DNA of 63,889 nt, counting the filler, from Hyphochytrium catenoides (taxonomy: Eukaryota > Protista > Hyphochytriomycota): the NCBI GenBank assembly GCA_900088475.1. It is 7 parts of 7 records of this genome, joined end to end, with 100 filler letters (N's around TTAATTAATTAA, not from the genome) between each part and the next. Parts side by side here need not be neighbours in the genome. Positions count along the whole stretch, not along the records: positions 1 to 23,429 come from FLMG01000508.1; positions 23,530 to 31,529 come from FLMG01004053.1; 5 more parts are not named here. The stretch is one strand, 5' to 3'. The notes beneath the pieces were generated by a model, which ran no database searches, had not been told where the DNA came from, and saw only the letters and a program-made list of their open reading frames with translations. The position numbers were made by a program, and so were the translations under genes. This document shows positions 14,121 to 26,500 of this stretch, piece after piece (position 1 is the first letter of the stretch; each line of letters begins with the position of its first letter).

Positions 14121-14449
14121 AAAGAGAAAGGGAGGGGCTGACCTGGTTGTATTTGTTCCAGTCATAACCTGTCTTGACACGATTGAAGTACCGCGGCTTG
14201 CGCGGCCTGTACTTGTCCTGCCATTTGTACTGCTGCGTCAACAGAATCTCGTCTCGAGACGTCAGCTTCTCTTCTGACTCATCCATACCCTTGTCCTCCT
14301 CAGCCTGCAATCCAGAGGGAGGAGAGAAAGAGAGAGAGAAAGAGAGAGAGAAAGAGAAAGAAGAAGGAGGAAAGTTGGAGAAAAAAAAAAGTTTGTAAAC
14401 GGGTCAGGAGGTGCAAGGCAGCTTTCTTCACCGATAGTAACTACAAATT

Positions 14450-14489
<40 letters not shown>

Positions 14490-15543
14490 CGCGAGGGAGT
14501 CTTTGTGAGTGTTTCTCTCTTCCATGTCTCGGTCCTCTCCCTTTCCTTCTACTCCTTCACACATCTCCCTCCGTCTCTCCTTGTCATTGTACTCACCCTT
14601 TGCATGGCCACGGCCATGTCTGACCCGTCATAGTTCTCTCCTCCAGCGAGATCTGCGGCCGCGGTGACGGTTCTTCCAGAGCGGCGTGCAAGGGAGGAAG
14701 GAGAGGGAGGACCAGAGCCTCTCTCTCCACGGCCTTTGACTTCTCTCTCTCCATCTGTCCGTCTCTCCTCTCCCTGGTCCATTGGTCGGGATCGTGCCCT
14801 GCTTCTCTCTCTCTTCTCTTCCAGCTGCTGGAGTCTCCGACGCAGCATGTCCTGATGCAGCTCCCGCAGCACTGCCTTTGCCTTGTAGATCTGCAAAGAA
14901 GTAGTCGTGATGTAAGAGCACCTCTATGGCGGCGGAACCTTCTCTATCTCTTCCCTCTCTCTCTCTCTCTCTGTCTTTCTCCCTCTCTCTCTCTGTCTTT
15001 CTCCCTCTCTGTCTTTTTTGTTTATCACTCTCTCTCATTGTGCTAATGTCTTACGTCCCAAAAAGATTTCTTCGCCATTCTGAGTTCCCTCTCCTGACAT
15101 ATCTTCCTGACATATCTTTTTCTCTAATTCTCTCTCTCTCTCTGTCCCGCACCTGCAAATGCTTTAGGACTTGTTCCCAGTATTCCACGTCAATCGTTCC
15201 GTCTCCGGAGCTAAGTGTCCTCTGGATCTCTCTCTCCATCTCTCGCAGCTCCTCGGAAGATTTAGCAGAAAACATGGACGAAATATCCTCGCGAATAGAG
15301 GAGTGAACTGGAGCACAAGAAGGCGAGAGAGAGACCGAATGGAGTGGAAAGAGAGAGAGAGAGAGAAGATAGAGTGTTAAAGTTTATGGAAAGGTGCAGA
15401 ACATAGTTTGGCCAGGAGATGGGTAATAGACGGGAAGAGTAGGGAGAAGAGAGAGAGAGAGAGCCCTCCCCCAACCCAACCCACAGAAGAAGAGAGATGG
15501 AGATCCTGGGATCGGGAAAACATCAAAAGAGAGAGAAAAAGAG

Positions 15544-15581
<38 letters not shown>

Positions 15582-15675
15582 GAGAAAGCGATTTTGATAG
15601 GGCAGGAGAAAGCAGAATGAGCATGACCGAGAACGAGACGCAGCGAGAGAGAGAGGAGAGAGAGATAAGGACATT

Positions 15676-15713
<38 letters not shown>

Positions 15714-16363
15714 TAAGGACATTAGAAGGATATATATCCTACCAGGTCCATCACTCCTTCCCTTTGCTTCTTCAATCTCATCGAGACAAACAAGCAGAAG
15801 GCTGTTCCAGAAGAGAGAGTTTGTCCCATCCTTTCCCTCTAGCGCTAAATAATCCTGAATGTCTTCCTTCAGCTCTTCCAGTTCGGAGAGAGAGAGAGAG
15901 TCAAAAAGTTTGTATGGCTCTCTTAACTCTATTTCTAATCCGTCATCATCCTCTTCATCCTCTTCTTCGTCCATCATTTCTTCTCCCTCTTCCTCTCTCT
16001 TTCGTCTTCTGCTTCTCCGCCACTCATCTCTCCCTTCATCCGAACCAAAAATGAGAAGATTCTTGGCCATGATGTCGATGGGCTTCTCTCTTCCCTCTTT
16101 CAGTCGAATTATAGAGCGCTTCTTAGCCTTAAGAAAACGAAAGTTAGGAGACGATCAAGGGGAGAGAGAGGGAAAGAGAGAGGAGAAGTGAAGTGCAATA
16201 GAGTTAGTCAAATAAAAAAAGAGAGAGAGAGACAGAGAGAGAGAGAAAGGGGGAGAGCACAGAGATATCGTAGACAGAGAACAACAAAGAGAGAGAAACA
16301 GAGGTCGACCAAGTAATATGAGAAGGAGCCAGAAGAGCACAAAAGACTGACGAGGGCCGTGAA

Positions 16364-16400
<37 letters not shown>

Positions 16401-17651
16401 GTCCGCTTTTTTACCTGTTTGAGATGAAACTCCTCCTCCTTCTTCTGCCAGTCTCCGTACTCCGAGGCGTCTCTTAGTCTCTGCTCCTCCTGCCGTAGCC
16501 TCTCCATCTCCTCGCGCTCCTTCTCCCTCTCGTCCCTACAAACCGGTGAAAGCAGTCATTCATAGACTCAGACCATGGTGCTTTCTGTCTGTCTCTCTCC
16601 CCGTCTCTCCTCGCTTTCTAGCGTCTGGTCTCCCGTCTGGGTCCCCTCTCTTTCGGTTCAGTGTCTTTGTTTGTGGCTGCAATATCTTCTCTCTCTCCGT
16701 GTGTCTCTTTCTCTCTCCCCATTGACATTTACATGTGTATATCGGTAAGAGAAACCATGCTCTTGTCAATCCTTCCCTTTCTCTTTCTTCCACAAGCTTC
16801 CGCGCCACTCATAGACACACGCACACACACAAACCCACTCTCTCTCTCTCTCTCTCCTCCTTTCTTTCTCTTTCCCCACCAACAACTTCCGGGTTTTTGG
16901 AGCACTTCGCTACGGATTGTCCATACCTTCTCTTGCGGAGTTTAGCAATCTCTCCAATTGTCTCTTCTCTCTTCTTCACGAGACCCCTGTATGGGTCTCC
17001 TCCTCTTCCTCTTCCGCCCGCTCCTCCTCCCCTCTCTCCCCCTTGATCCTTCTCCATCTTCTTTTTCCAGACAAACTGATCGGCGAGGTTGGAGTCTCCG
17101 AAAGGATTGTCTTCGTTGGAATAGCCAAACATCGCCGCCATTTTTGCAGCTTTCTTGGTAGCTTTGCGCTGCATTCGTTCCTCGGGCGTCTCATAGGAGC
17201 CCAAGGCACTGCTGGCCTTGGCTCGTTTCGCCTCCTTCTTCTTCTTCTTCTTCCTCTTTTCTCGCTCGCTATCGTCAGAAGAGGACGAGGGAGAGCGGCG
17301 CGAGGGAGAGTTCCTGTCTCTTCTTGGTCTGTCTCTCTCTTCAGAGCTCGTTTTTTGCCTCTTGGACTTGTCTTCTTCTCTTCCCCTCTGTCTTTCTCTC
17401 GCTCTGTCTGGGCTCCGGCTGCGGCGTCTGTCATTGCTTCTAGATCTTGAGCGGCGTGTGGGGCGCCGTTCTCTAGTATTCTCTTCTATTCTATAGCTCT
17501 TGTCATCTCTTTCTTCGCTCCTGCCGCGCGGGTTGTTTCTTTCTCGATCCCTGCTTCTACTCCGTGACCTCCTTCTCTCCCTATCTCTTTCACGACTTCG
17601 TGTCCGACTCCTCGAACGACGTCGACTATCGCGGTCAAAACGACCCGCCAT
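13315..17651 (-). CDS. CACTIN: Cactin (spliceosome C*/P complex factor), 8 exons
   Basis: RS-rich N-terminus; FGYSNEDNPFGDSNLADQFVWKKK; mid domain IRLKEGREKPIDIMAKNL and DVEYWEQVL; C-terminal domain YKWQDKYRPRKPRYFNRVKTGYDWNKYNQTHYDHDNPPPKVVQGYKFNVFYPDLIDK...FHAGPPYEDIAFKIVNREWEHSHKRGF...RYRR* (TAA 13315-13317). Confidence 0.96.
15652..15727. repeat. Short tandem duplication in a cactin intron
   Basis: agaggagagagagataaggacattaga occurs twice, separated by (GA)n. Confidence 0.8.
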
Positions 17652-18243
17652 GGTCCAGCTCCACCAGTCTCTTCGCCTAAGCTACTTCTAAGCAAGCTCT
17701 ACGATGGGCTTGGCACCAAATCTCCACCAATCAAAAAAGTTATTGATCAGAGAACGCTTCCGGGATGCTTTCTACCACTGCACTGATCGAACCTCTGCCG
17801 ACAACAGTTGAACGATACGTGAGCTCTTCCTAGAAACAGCGCCCGATAGAAGATGCGCCGGGCACTGCCCTTGGTTGATAAGCAATTGAAGGCCCGAGCT
17901 GTAGCCGTAGACGAGCTGGAAAAGCTTCAGAAGTGAGATGAGAGACCAGATGAAGATCGAACTTGAGATCTGTGGATGAAAGAATCACTAGCAAGAAGAT
18001 CAAAAAAGTGTAGAGTTAGTGGTTACCATAAAACTGTCACCAATCGATCTAATCACAGTGAATGATTTCCTATATAGGGCGTCTTAATATTCCAAATATA
18101 TACCATAAAAATTGGTTGTATGCAGGATGTTTTAAGAGCGTGGCAATATGGCTACTAAGCCCTTAAAACCCATACTGAGGGACTAATAATAGGCCGAGCA
18201 TTGAGTGGTGGCCATCCAGCGCGCAGCGCCACTTATCGCCGCT

Positions 18244-18304
<61 letters not shown>

Positions 18305-18557
18305 AAGAGAAGAGAGAGAAAGAGAAAGAGAGAAGAGAGAGAGAGGAGAGAGAGGGAAAAGAGTGGTAAGAGAGAGCAAAACTAGGACAGAAAGAGAGGA
18401 GAGAGAGAGAGAGATCAGACAGAAACATCTTCGTGCATCTCTTTCTTTTATTGGTTGAGCTCGAGCGTTGGTCTCTGTTATCGCACTCCTTCCTGTCATT
18501 TATACTGGGGATCACTTGCAGAGAAGCTCTAGAGCTCCATCTGAAGACTAAGCAAAC
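17652..18557. promoter_or_regulatory. Putative bidirectional promoter region between head-to-head cactin and RPS21
   Basis: Divergent start codons ~0.9 kb apart. AT-rich core with TATATA (~18071) and a long (GA)n tract at ~18245-18415 before RPS21. Promoter function is inferred from gene orientation only. Confidence 0.45.
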
Positions 18558-19561
18558 ATGCAGAACGAGGAAGGCCAGAACGTTGACCTTTACATCCCAA
18601 GAAAGTGGTAAGATACACGCCGTTGCAAGCTCCATCTGTCTCTTATGAACAGCTGCGACCAACGGGCATTGCTGCATATGGCTCTCTTTCTATAACTCTC
18701 TCTCTCTCTCTCCGTGATCTTCCTCTTGGATGCTTGCCTTGTTCTTAGACACGTACTACCATCTCCACAGATGGTTGAACAAGGCTGGGTGGAGAGAGAG
18801 TTTGTTGAGAGACTTCTCTCTGAGACACTTGCTTTTCCCTCTCTCTCTCTCTCTTGTTTTCTCTTCTTTATCTCTTGAAGAGGAGCCCTTTCCCTTTCTC
18901 CTGATGATGTTTTACTAAGTGACGCCTCTCCCGTTGCGGGCCAATCTCCTGCTGTCTCTTTCTCTCTCGCTTTTTACAGCTCTTGGACCAACAAGCTCAT
19001 TGCTGCTAAGGACAATGCGTCTGTGCAGGTAAGCCAGGCACTCTCTCTTTGCTTCTCTTCTCCTTCTCAGTGGGAATAATTCCTCTTCTTCGTTGTCTTC
19101 TCTCTTTCTTTTGTCAGGCTCTCTTTTCCCCCCTGCCCTGGAGCTCTCTCTTGTCTCTCTCCCGACTTTGCCTATCCTCTCCGGGAGAAAATGGCTGTTT
19201 GACATATCTGTTACGGTTGAAAATGCAGTCTACCAACGTCAAGCACGCTCTCTCTCTCTCCTCTCTAACACTCGTTCATCTCTCTTTCTTTCTCTCTCTC
19301 TCTCTCTTCCCCTGATAGATCAATGTTGGCAAGGTAGACGCTAATGGCGTTTACACCGGCGAGTCCGATGTCTATGCCCTCACCGGCTACGTAAGACAGA
19401 AGGTATGCAGCGGAACTCTCTCTCTCTCTTTCGTCTCTTTCTGTGAAGGAAAGCTCAATACTCTGACGCCTTTCTCTCTTTCTGTTCTCTCTCTCTCTTC
19501 ACAGGGAGAGTCCGACATGGCCCTCACCGAGCTCGTCCGCCTCAAGGAGTCTAAGCAGTAA
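18558..19561 (+). CDS. RPS21: 40S ribosomal protein S21 (eS21), 4 exons
   Basis: Spliced: MQNEEGQNVDLYIPRKC/SWTNKLIAAKDNASVQ/INVGKVDANGVYTGESDVYALTGYVRQK/GESDMALTELVRLKESKQ*. Contains the eS21 motif DLYIPRKCS. Three GT-AG introns. Absent from the supplied ORF track because the exons are short. Confidence 0.97.
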
Positions 19562-19936
19562 AGCTCCTTTGGCACAACGTCCAGCTATCTCTCTCTCTCT
19601 CTTCGTCTCTACTCCTTCTCGGGGAGACAGAGGCTAGAGATGAGAGAAGGGAAAGACGGACTGGAGAGAGCCAGAGGTAGGGACTGTTGAAGTTCGCTAA
19701 AAACTTCAAGAGTCCTAAGAGGAAAGGAGAATGGAGATGGAAAGAATAAGAGAGAGAGAGAGACTTTCTTCTCTCTATCCCCAGGGAGAGAAAAAGTTCT
19801 GTCTGTTTGCCCGGAGAGGGATCAGTTACTGATTATCAGCAATAAAATCAGAAGTGTCCCTTTCCCAGCACGCACTCTTATGCTCTTCTCATTGTCAATC
19901 TTTCTCTTTCTCTCTCTCTCTCTCTCTCCTTTTTTC

Positions 19937-20656
19937 TCACATAGCTCTAGGAGTCTGCTCTCGTGCTTGTTGGACGGCGTTAGCCTCTTTCTCTCTCTCT
20001 TCTTGTTTCTGTACATGGACCTCTACCGATTTCTGGTCAGATGGGAAAGAGGAAGTCGAGGCAGCCAGTTGTCCGTTGCCCATCTCTCCTTCTTTCTCTC
20101 TCTCGCCTTGAGCTCTCTTTCCGTCATTAGAGGGAGAAAGGGCACGTTGACCATCTTGTTCTTTAGATATCGATGGAGTGACAAGAGCAGTGTGCTCTCC
20201 TTTAGTCTCTCCCGAGGTTGTCTTCCTTTCTTGGGTCTCTCTCTCCTTATCTGTGGGAAGCTCTGCAGGTCTTCTCTCTCCGTCTCCTCTCTCTTCTAAA
20301 TGCTCAGGCGATGGAGGGGAGAGAGAGTCTTTGTTCTCTCTCTTGGCGTGTGCAAGGCGAAGAATCTTTGGCGCCTCTTTCTTTGCCAGGTCGTTCATCT
20401 TCTCCAACTCCTCTTTGTATTGTCGCTGCTTCTCCTCTGTTACATGCGGAGTGTCAGCGACTGAACAGGAAACAGACGTCGTCCCCTTTTTTCTCCTCTC
20501 TCTCTTCTTTTCTCTACTCTTTTATTTCTCTCGTCTTGCTGCTCCTTCCCACTCTCCCCGCCACCTCTTTTCTCTCTCTCCGTAATTCTATCTCTATCTC
20601 TCTCGTTTCGGCTCTGTTGTGTCCCCTGTTTACCATGCGTCTTCTTTCTTTCTTTT

Positions 20657-20700
<44 letters not shown>

Positions 20701-21147
20701 CCTCTCTGTCTCTCTCTCTCTCTCTCTGTCTCTCTCTTTCTCTCTCCCTCTCTCTCTCTCTGTCTCTCTCTTGCTCTCGCTCTCTCTCTCTCTCTCTCTC
20801 TACCTGTTGGCTGTGCCTCTATGACTGTGGTTGGAATGACATCTTTGGCTTTCCCTTTCGTCACTGCAACGCCGCGATTTGTGCGCCGGAACTCAAAGAA
20901 ATCTTCCAGGAGAGAGACGAAACAGACATAGAGAGAAGAGAGAGAGACAAAACAAAGTGAGGGAGAGAGAGAAAAAGACAGAATACGAGAGAGAGACAAG
21001 ATATAGAGGAGGAGGAAGGAGAAGCGAAACAGAGAGACAGCGGGCCCTGATGAGAGTAAAGCGTAGAGAGCAGGAAGAGAGGAGAGCGGAGGGACGAGGA
21101 AAGAGAGAGCGAGGGCACGATGGACGAAGTGAGGGTGGAACGCCAAC

Positions 21148-21185
<38 letters not shown>

Positions 21186-23282
21186 AGCACCAGCGAAAGA
21201 AAAACACCGAGAGAGAGAGAGCCAAGAACAGAGAGAGAAAGTGTTTTAAAGAGCACTAAAGATGGCCATCTTCCTCTGTCTGTACCTCCCTCTCCTCTTC
21301 TCAGTAGTTCTCTATAGATTGAGTCACTGAAGGAGGCCGCGTACTTGACCATCTGCACCTGTGACGCTGTCTGCGGGCTAGAGATGGACTTGCCCTGGAG
21401 AGAGAGAGAGAGCGAGAGAGAGAGAGAGAGCGAGAGAGANNNNNNNNNNNNNNNNNNNNNNNNNNNNNNNNNNNNNNNNNNNNNNNNNNNNNAGAGAGAG
21501 GAAGAGAGAGAGAGAGAGAACAAGGGAGAGAGAGAGAGAGACAGAGACAGAGAGAGAGAGACAGAGAGAGAGGGGGGAGAAGAGAGAAGAGAAAAAGAGA
21601 GAGAAATAGGGAAACAGAGAAAAAGAGAGAAGGGGGGAGAGAAGGGAAAAAATGCAGAGGGCTGAGATATGAAGCACTTCGAGGAGAATGCCAGCGAGAG
21701 AATGAGAGAACAGAAAGGAGAGAGCAAATAACAGGAAGCAGGACAGGAAAGAAAGGATGGAGATGCGAGAATGAAGAGAGAGAGGGAGAGAGAAGGGAAG
21801 GCCGGCGGACCAGAGACAGCGAGAGAGACTGATATAAAGGACTATNNNNNNNNNGGGGGGGAGAGAAAGGAGAGAGCACCTTGCATGCCACTCTGGTGTC
21901 GTGGTAGACTTGCGTCCTTCTTAGAGCCTCCAGCGGCGGCACGCCATAGAGGCGACAGAGCAGAACAGCAGAGAGGAGTCCCACCCGCCCATGACCCTCA
22001 TCGGAGAAGATGTAAAGCAACTCTCCCGCTAAGGAAGAGAGAAAGAGAGAGAGAGCGCGAGAGAGAGAGAGCGAGAGAGAGAGCGAGAGAGGGAGAGAGA
22101 GAGAGAGACCGAGACAAGGGAGAGAGACACAGAGAGACATTAGACCGGCAAAGGGGAAATGGCAGTCAATGAAGAGCCTTAGTGGAGAGAGAGAGAGAGA
22201 GAAAGAAAGCAGGGTAGAAGAGAGAGAGAGAGAGAGAATTCGTTTCGTCCACCTCTCAGTCTCTTCTCAAGTTCCTGAGTGAGAAGGAACAACTCTTCCG
22301 CTGGCGGAGCGCCGTGCTTGGGCATCGGGGCGAAGATGAGCCGAATAGGAGGGAGAGACTTCAGGGCCGTTTTTGCCTGGTAGCGGGAAGAGGGTCTTTT
22401 AGGGGAGATTCCATAGGAGAGTATCTTTGGCCATNNNNNNNNNNNNNNNNNNNNNNNNNNNNNNNNNNNNNNNNNNNNNNNNNNNNNNNNNNNNNNNNNN
22501 NNNNNNNNNNNNNNNNNNNNNNNNNNNNNNNNNNNNNNNNNNNNNNNNNNNNNNNNNNNNCTGCCTGTCTCGCTTCTTCTCTCCTCTTACTATTAACTAA
22601 TCGTCTTCACCGATGCTCTCGTCTTTCTCCCTACTCCGCCCCACTGTCTTCTTCATCTCAATTTCTTTCTAATACTCTCTTTCTCATTCTCTTTCTCTTC
22701 CACACCTTTTGAATGGTATCTTCCGCAGCTCTTAACTTGAATTCTGCATGAGACCTGTCCTCCTTCGTCACCACAGCCTTGTCCATCTGTCACGTGAGAG
22801 AGAGAAGAGAGAGAGAAACAGAAGAAAGGATGGAAGGAGAGAGAGAGAGGAAGAGAGACGCCATGAGATACGTTCTCTAGCGTAACAAACGCTAAGGCTC
22901 AGCCTAAGTCAAATACATCAGTGCACTCTCTCTCTCTCTCTCTCTCTCCTTGTCCGTCCAGTCTCCTTATGGACTCCCTCTTGCACTTTCAGCGGGGAGA
23001 CAGAAATAACGCCCAGGCTGGGCTCTCCTCGATTATTTACCTTCTCTTTCTCTCTAAGATACTGCCAGACGCCTTCTGTTCATCTCTCTCCTTTTCTGTA
23101 TCTTCCTTTCACTCTCTCGTTTCCTCATCTCTTGCCTCTCTCCCTGTCTTTCCTCTAGCCACTCTCCCTTTCTCTCTCCTCTCTCGGTCCTCTCTCGTCT
23201 TGCTCTCTCTCTCTCGTCTCCCCTTCAAACCCGTTCCCTCTACCTCTTCCTCTCTCTCTCCCTCTCTCTCTGTCTCTGTCTC

Positions 23283-23315
<33 letters not shown>

Positions 23316-23429
23316 GTGTCTCTCTCTCTGTCTCTCTCTCTCTCTCTCCCTCGCCGATCTCATCCCGCCTCTCTTGTCCTTTCCCACCTTTTCTATCTTT
23401 TCCAAAGCATTCTTCGCGGAGGCAAGCGC
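19937..23429 (-). CDS. Protein with a PTP/dual-specificity-phosphatase-like domain lacking the catalytic Cys, plus charged/coiled-coil regions; 5' end truncated at contig edge
   Basis: Spliced exons: IRLIFAPMPKHGAPPAEELFLLTQELEKRLR/AGELLYIFSDEGHGRVGLLSAVLLCRLYGVPPLEALRRTQVYHDTRVACK/GKSISSPQTASQVQMVK. This follows the PTP-fold pattern (V)HCxxGxGRxG...EAL..Q...R...PQT..Q. Last exon ends QTPRAM* at 19937. Confidence 0.7.
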
Positions 23430-23529
23430 NNNNNNNNNNNNNNNNNNNNNNNNNNNNNNNNNNNNNNNNNNNNTTAATTAATTAANNNNNNNNNNNNNNN
23501 NNNNNNNNNNNNNNNNNNNNNNNNNNNNN
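23430..23529. other. Artificial contig-joining spacer
   Basis: N44-TTAATTAATTAA-N44, a six-frame stop linker, identical to five others in the window. Confidence 0.97.
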
Positions 23530-26500
23530 TAAGGGCCTGGGAGAGAAGAAGCAGGGAAGGTTTCCAAACTTTCAATATTATTCAATGTGCCACTTTGGGT
23601 AGGGATATCACTCAATCTGTTAGGGACACCTTTGTTGGGCCATTATTATTGATCACTACGACCGTACCTTGCCTTCGTTGCTACTACTACCACGGACTAA
23701 CTGCTGCCGTCGTCGTGTCAATCATCATTATTTCAGTCACTACTTTTTCTTCTTTGGTGGTGTTCTGCAGCTGCAGCATCCTTTTCATCCTTCAATAAGC
23801 TGTTGTTGTCGCAGCTTGACCCTCATACATCATGTTTTTTGAGTATGGTTTGCAGGTGGTGTATCCATCACCACCTCTCCCCATAATTGCTTTTTCCTCT
23901 AGATGAAGGACAGCAGAAGACCGATGATCCTCCTCCTCCTGTCGTCGCCTTCTCCGTTTTTACTACGCTTTTGAGCAAGATGCAGGATTCGATATTTATG
24001 ATGGTGTGCGTGGTGAAGACAACAAGGAGAATAAACAAGTGATCGGAGGACGGAAAATGGTCCGTTTTTAAGTTCAAAGCCCACAACAAGAGGGGGTGCG
24101 GTCACGTAGAATGGGGAAAAATCAGCATAAAGATCATCATCACCCGTGGTGCAACCAAAAAAGACCGCCCAAGAGCGACGACTCACTTTTTGATTCTCAG
24201 TACAACAATAGTATCACTGCTGGTGACGAACTATTTATAATGTAGTCCCACTTGCCTTTCCTTGTTGTCAAGATGATGTCGCCTTAGTTCAATAAGGCCA
24301 TCACGCAGGGAATGTTACTAGCGCTGCTACTTTGGGGCCATCATCAACGGCGGCGATGGTTGTCGTGCTCTTTCTTCACCATCTGATCGAGTGCTAAACC
24401 AGCAACAACACCCAATTTCTTACCCTCCATCAGGGCAGTAAGCAATAGGTATAATCTATACTTTGGTGCGCTTATAAAAAAGATGACCCATAATGATCAA
24501 GACGCGATCGGCTGCCATCTTCCCTCTTTTTGGTGAGCTTCACTCAAATTGGCCGTCTTTCCTCTGCATTTAGTGGCTAGGTTGGTTGACGATGCACCTA
24601 TTCAAATAAATGCAGAAAGAGCTTGTCATCCTCAGCCTCATGATGATGTAACATCGACTTAGACCCAATGATAGTATGGCTGTTCCATGGTGTTTCAGTG
24701 ACGACGCAGCGAATAACTGTTCCAAGGACCTTTCTAATCATATTTCAAAAGCCTCCCACCACAGCCCAGGCCGCGGTGACAACTAGGACCTTGTTGCTTT
24801 GTCAATTGGTCATCCGACTAGGCAATATCTAAGAATTGCAACCGGTTTAGAAGACATACTACTACATTATATGCAATTCAGGTGCGGGAATTGAAGACCA
24901 AGTTTATTGGCAGAATAGCCTTAGCGGAGTGCAAGCAATGCGCTGTTAGTAGGTCAAGCGAAGAGACAGACAAGGACTCTAATGAAAACTGTATGAAAGA
25001 GAGGTAGGGTAACCGTGGTAGCGTTGTTGTTATTATTGCTGCCGGTTCTTCATCTAGTCACTCTGGTGTTAGAAGTCGCTCTTTGCAATAAGTCACCTTG
25101 TTGACTTCACAGGGCTAATGGTACGAAAAAAGACGCACGAGATATTGTCAGAGTTCTGAATTATTTATGAAAATTCCTTTACAGAAAGCCGCCATATTCT
25201 CCTCTATTGGTAACTTTTTGTAGATCAACCCTTCAATCGAAGGACAGGGCCATGTCTCAACTAGTCGCAACTAATCTGTTATTACCTTCATTTGCTAAAG
25301 CGTGACTCTAACTAGTTTATGACAGTTCAACCAACCCATGCCACCATGCCGGCCAGAGAGGCAGGAGATAGGAAGGGTAGCGCTTTCGACTTAATACAAC
25401 AAAGCGATGTTTAGACTAAATACACGTTTAGGCTGCTCTTCTTCCTCCAGAGGGAAGGAAGAGGGAAAAGCGATGAGGGTGCTGCTGTAATATAAGACGA
25501 AGAAGAGCAAGTACTAGACTCCATCCTACTTGTCTATACCACCTCTCAGCTATATGATGATGACAAATTATTCGCCGCAGCACTACTCATCAACGGACGG
25601 TGTTAATGAAATATTACTGTCCATTACATTTGAAAGAGGCTATTGCCTTATCTCAAAAAGCGGTAGCCCGGTAAGGGCTTTTTGGGTCCTCTTAGCCATG
25701 GGTGTCGAATTATTTATAGGCTGTAATGTCATCCCTCTCTTTTGTTCCCTTGTCTTATTGCCCTTGTTGTTGGTAACATTATTTGCTCCTAATCGTCATC
25801 ATCTTCTCCTTTTGCCTCCTGCTGACTCAAGTAATCTCTTCGAGATATTATGTCACATTTTACCATCGTCAACATCAGCACTGCCATTAGGATTGCCCCC
25901 ACGCCCTACATAGAACAGCTTGCTATTGCGGATTGCTTGTCTTCTTTTCTCTATAAGGAAGGTGGTGGTGGCGCGTCTTCTTATTATGAGGTGGCATACT
26001 TCTGGGCCATACGTATTAGTTTTTCATAATAACTACTTCCTTCTGAGTCAGCTAGGTGTAAGCCCAAAACTGAGCTTCCCTCTGGCTGGGCTCCATTTTA
26101 TTGATGACTGCAAGCTAGAAGTGTTTTTGTCTTGAGCGAAAGAGTGATGCCGTAGAATTGGTACAAGTAGAACTACTGAGTATTCAGTGTAAAGATAGAA
26201 CTGAGAACTACTTTTATTTACTTCCTTAATTTTTATAAAGAATCACCTGGACGAATATAGAATAGTCCCAAACGTATGAGAACCAAATGCAGTGAATACA
26301 ACTACTCTCTTGAGTTATTAGGGGCTGGGTGAAAAAACAAACATTATAGTGAAATATACTGAAACTTTGCACTAGTTATATTTGCAGTGAAGGAGGGATG
26401 GATGGGGGCGGGGATTGACGGTTACACTCCTCTATCCCCCCTCGTTCATACTCCATTTCCCACTCTTTCTTCTCTTCTTGCCTCATGTTGTGCCATCTTT

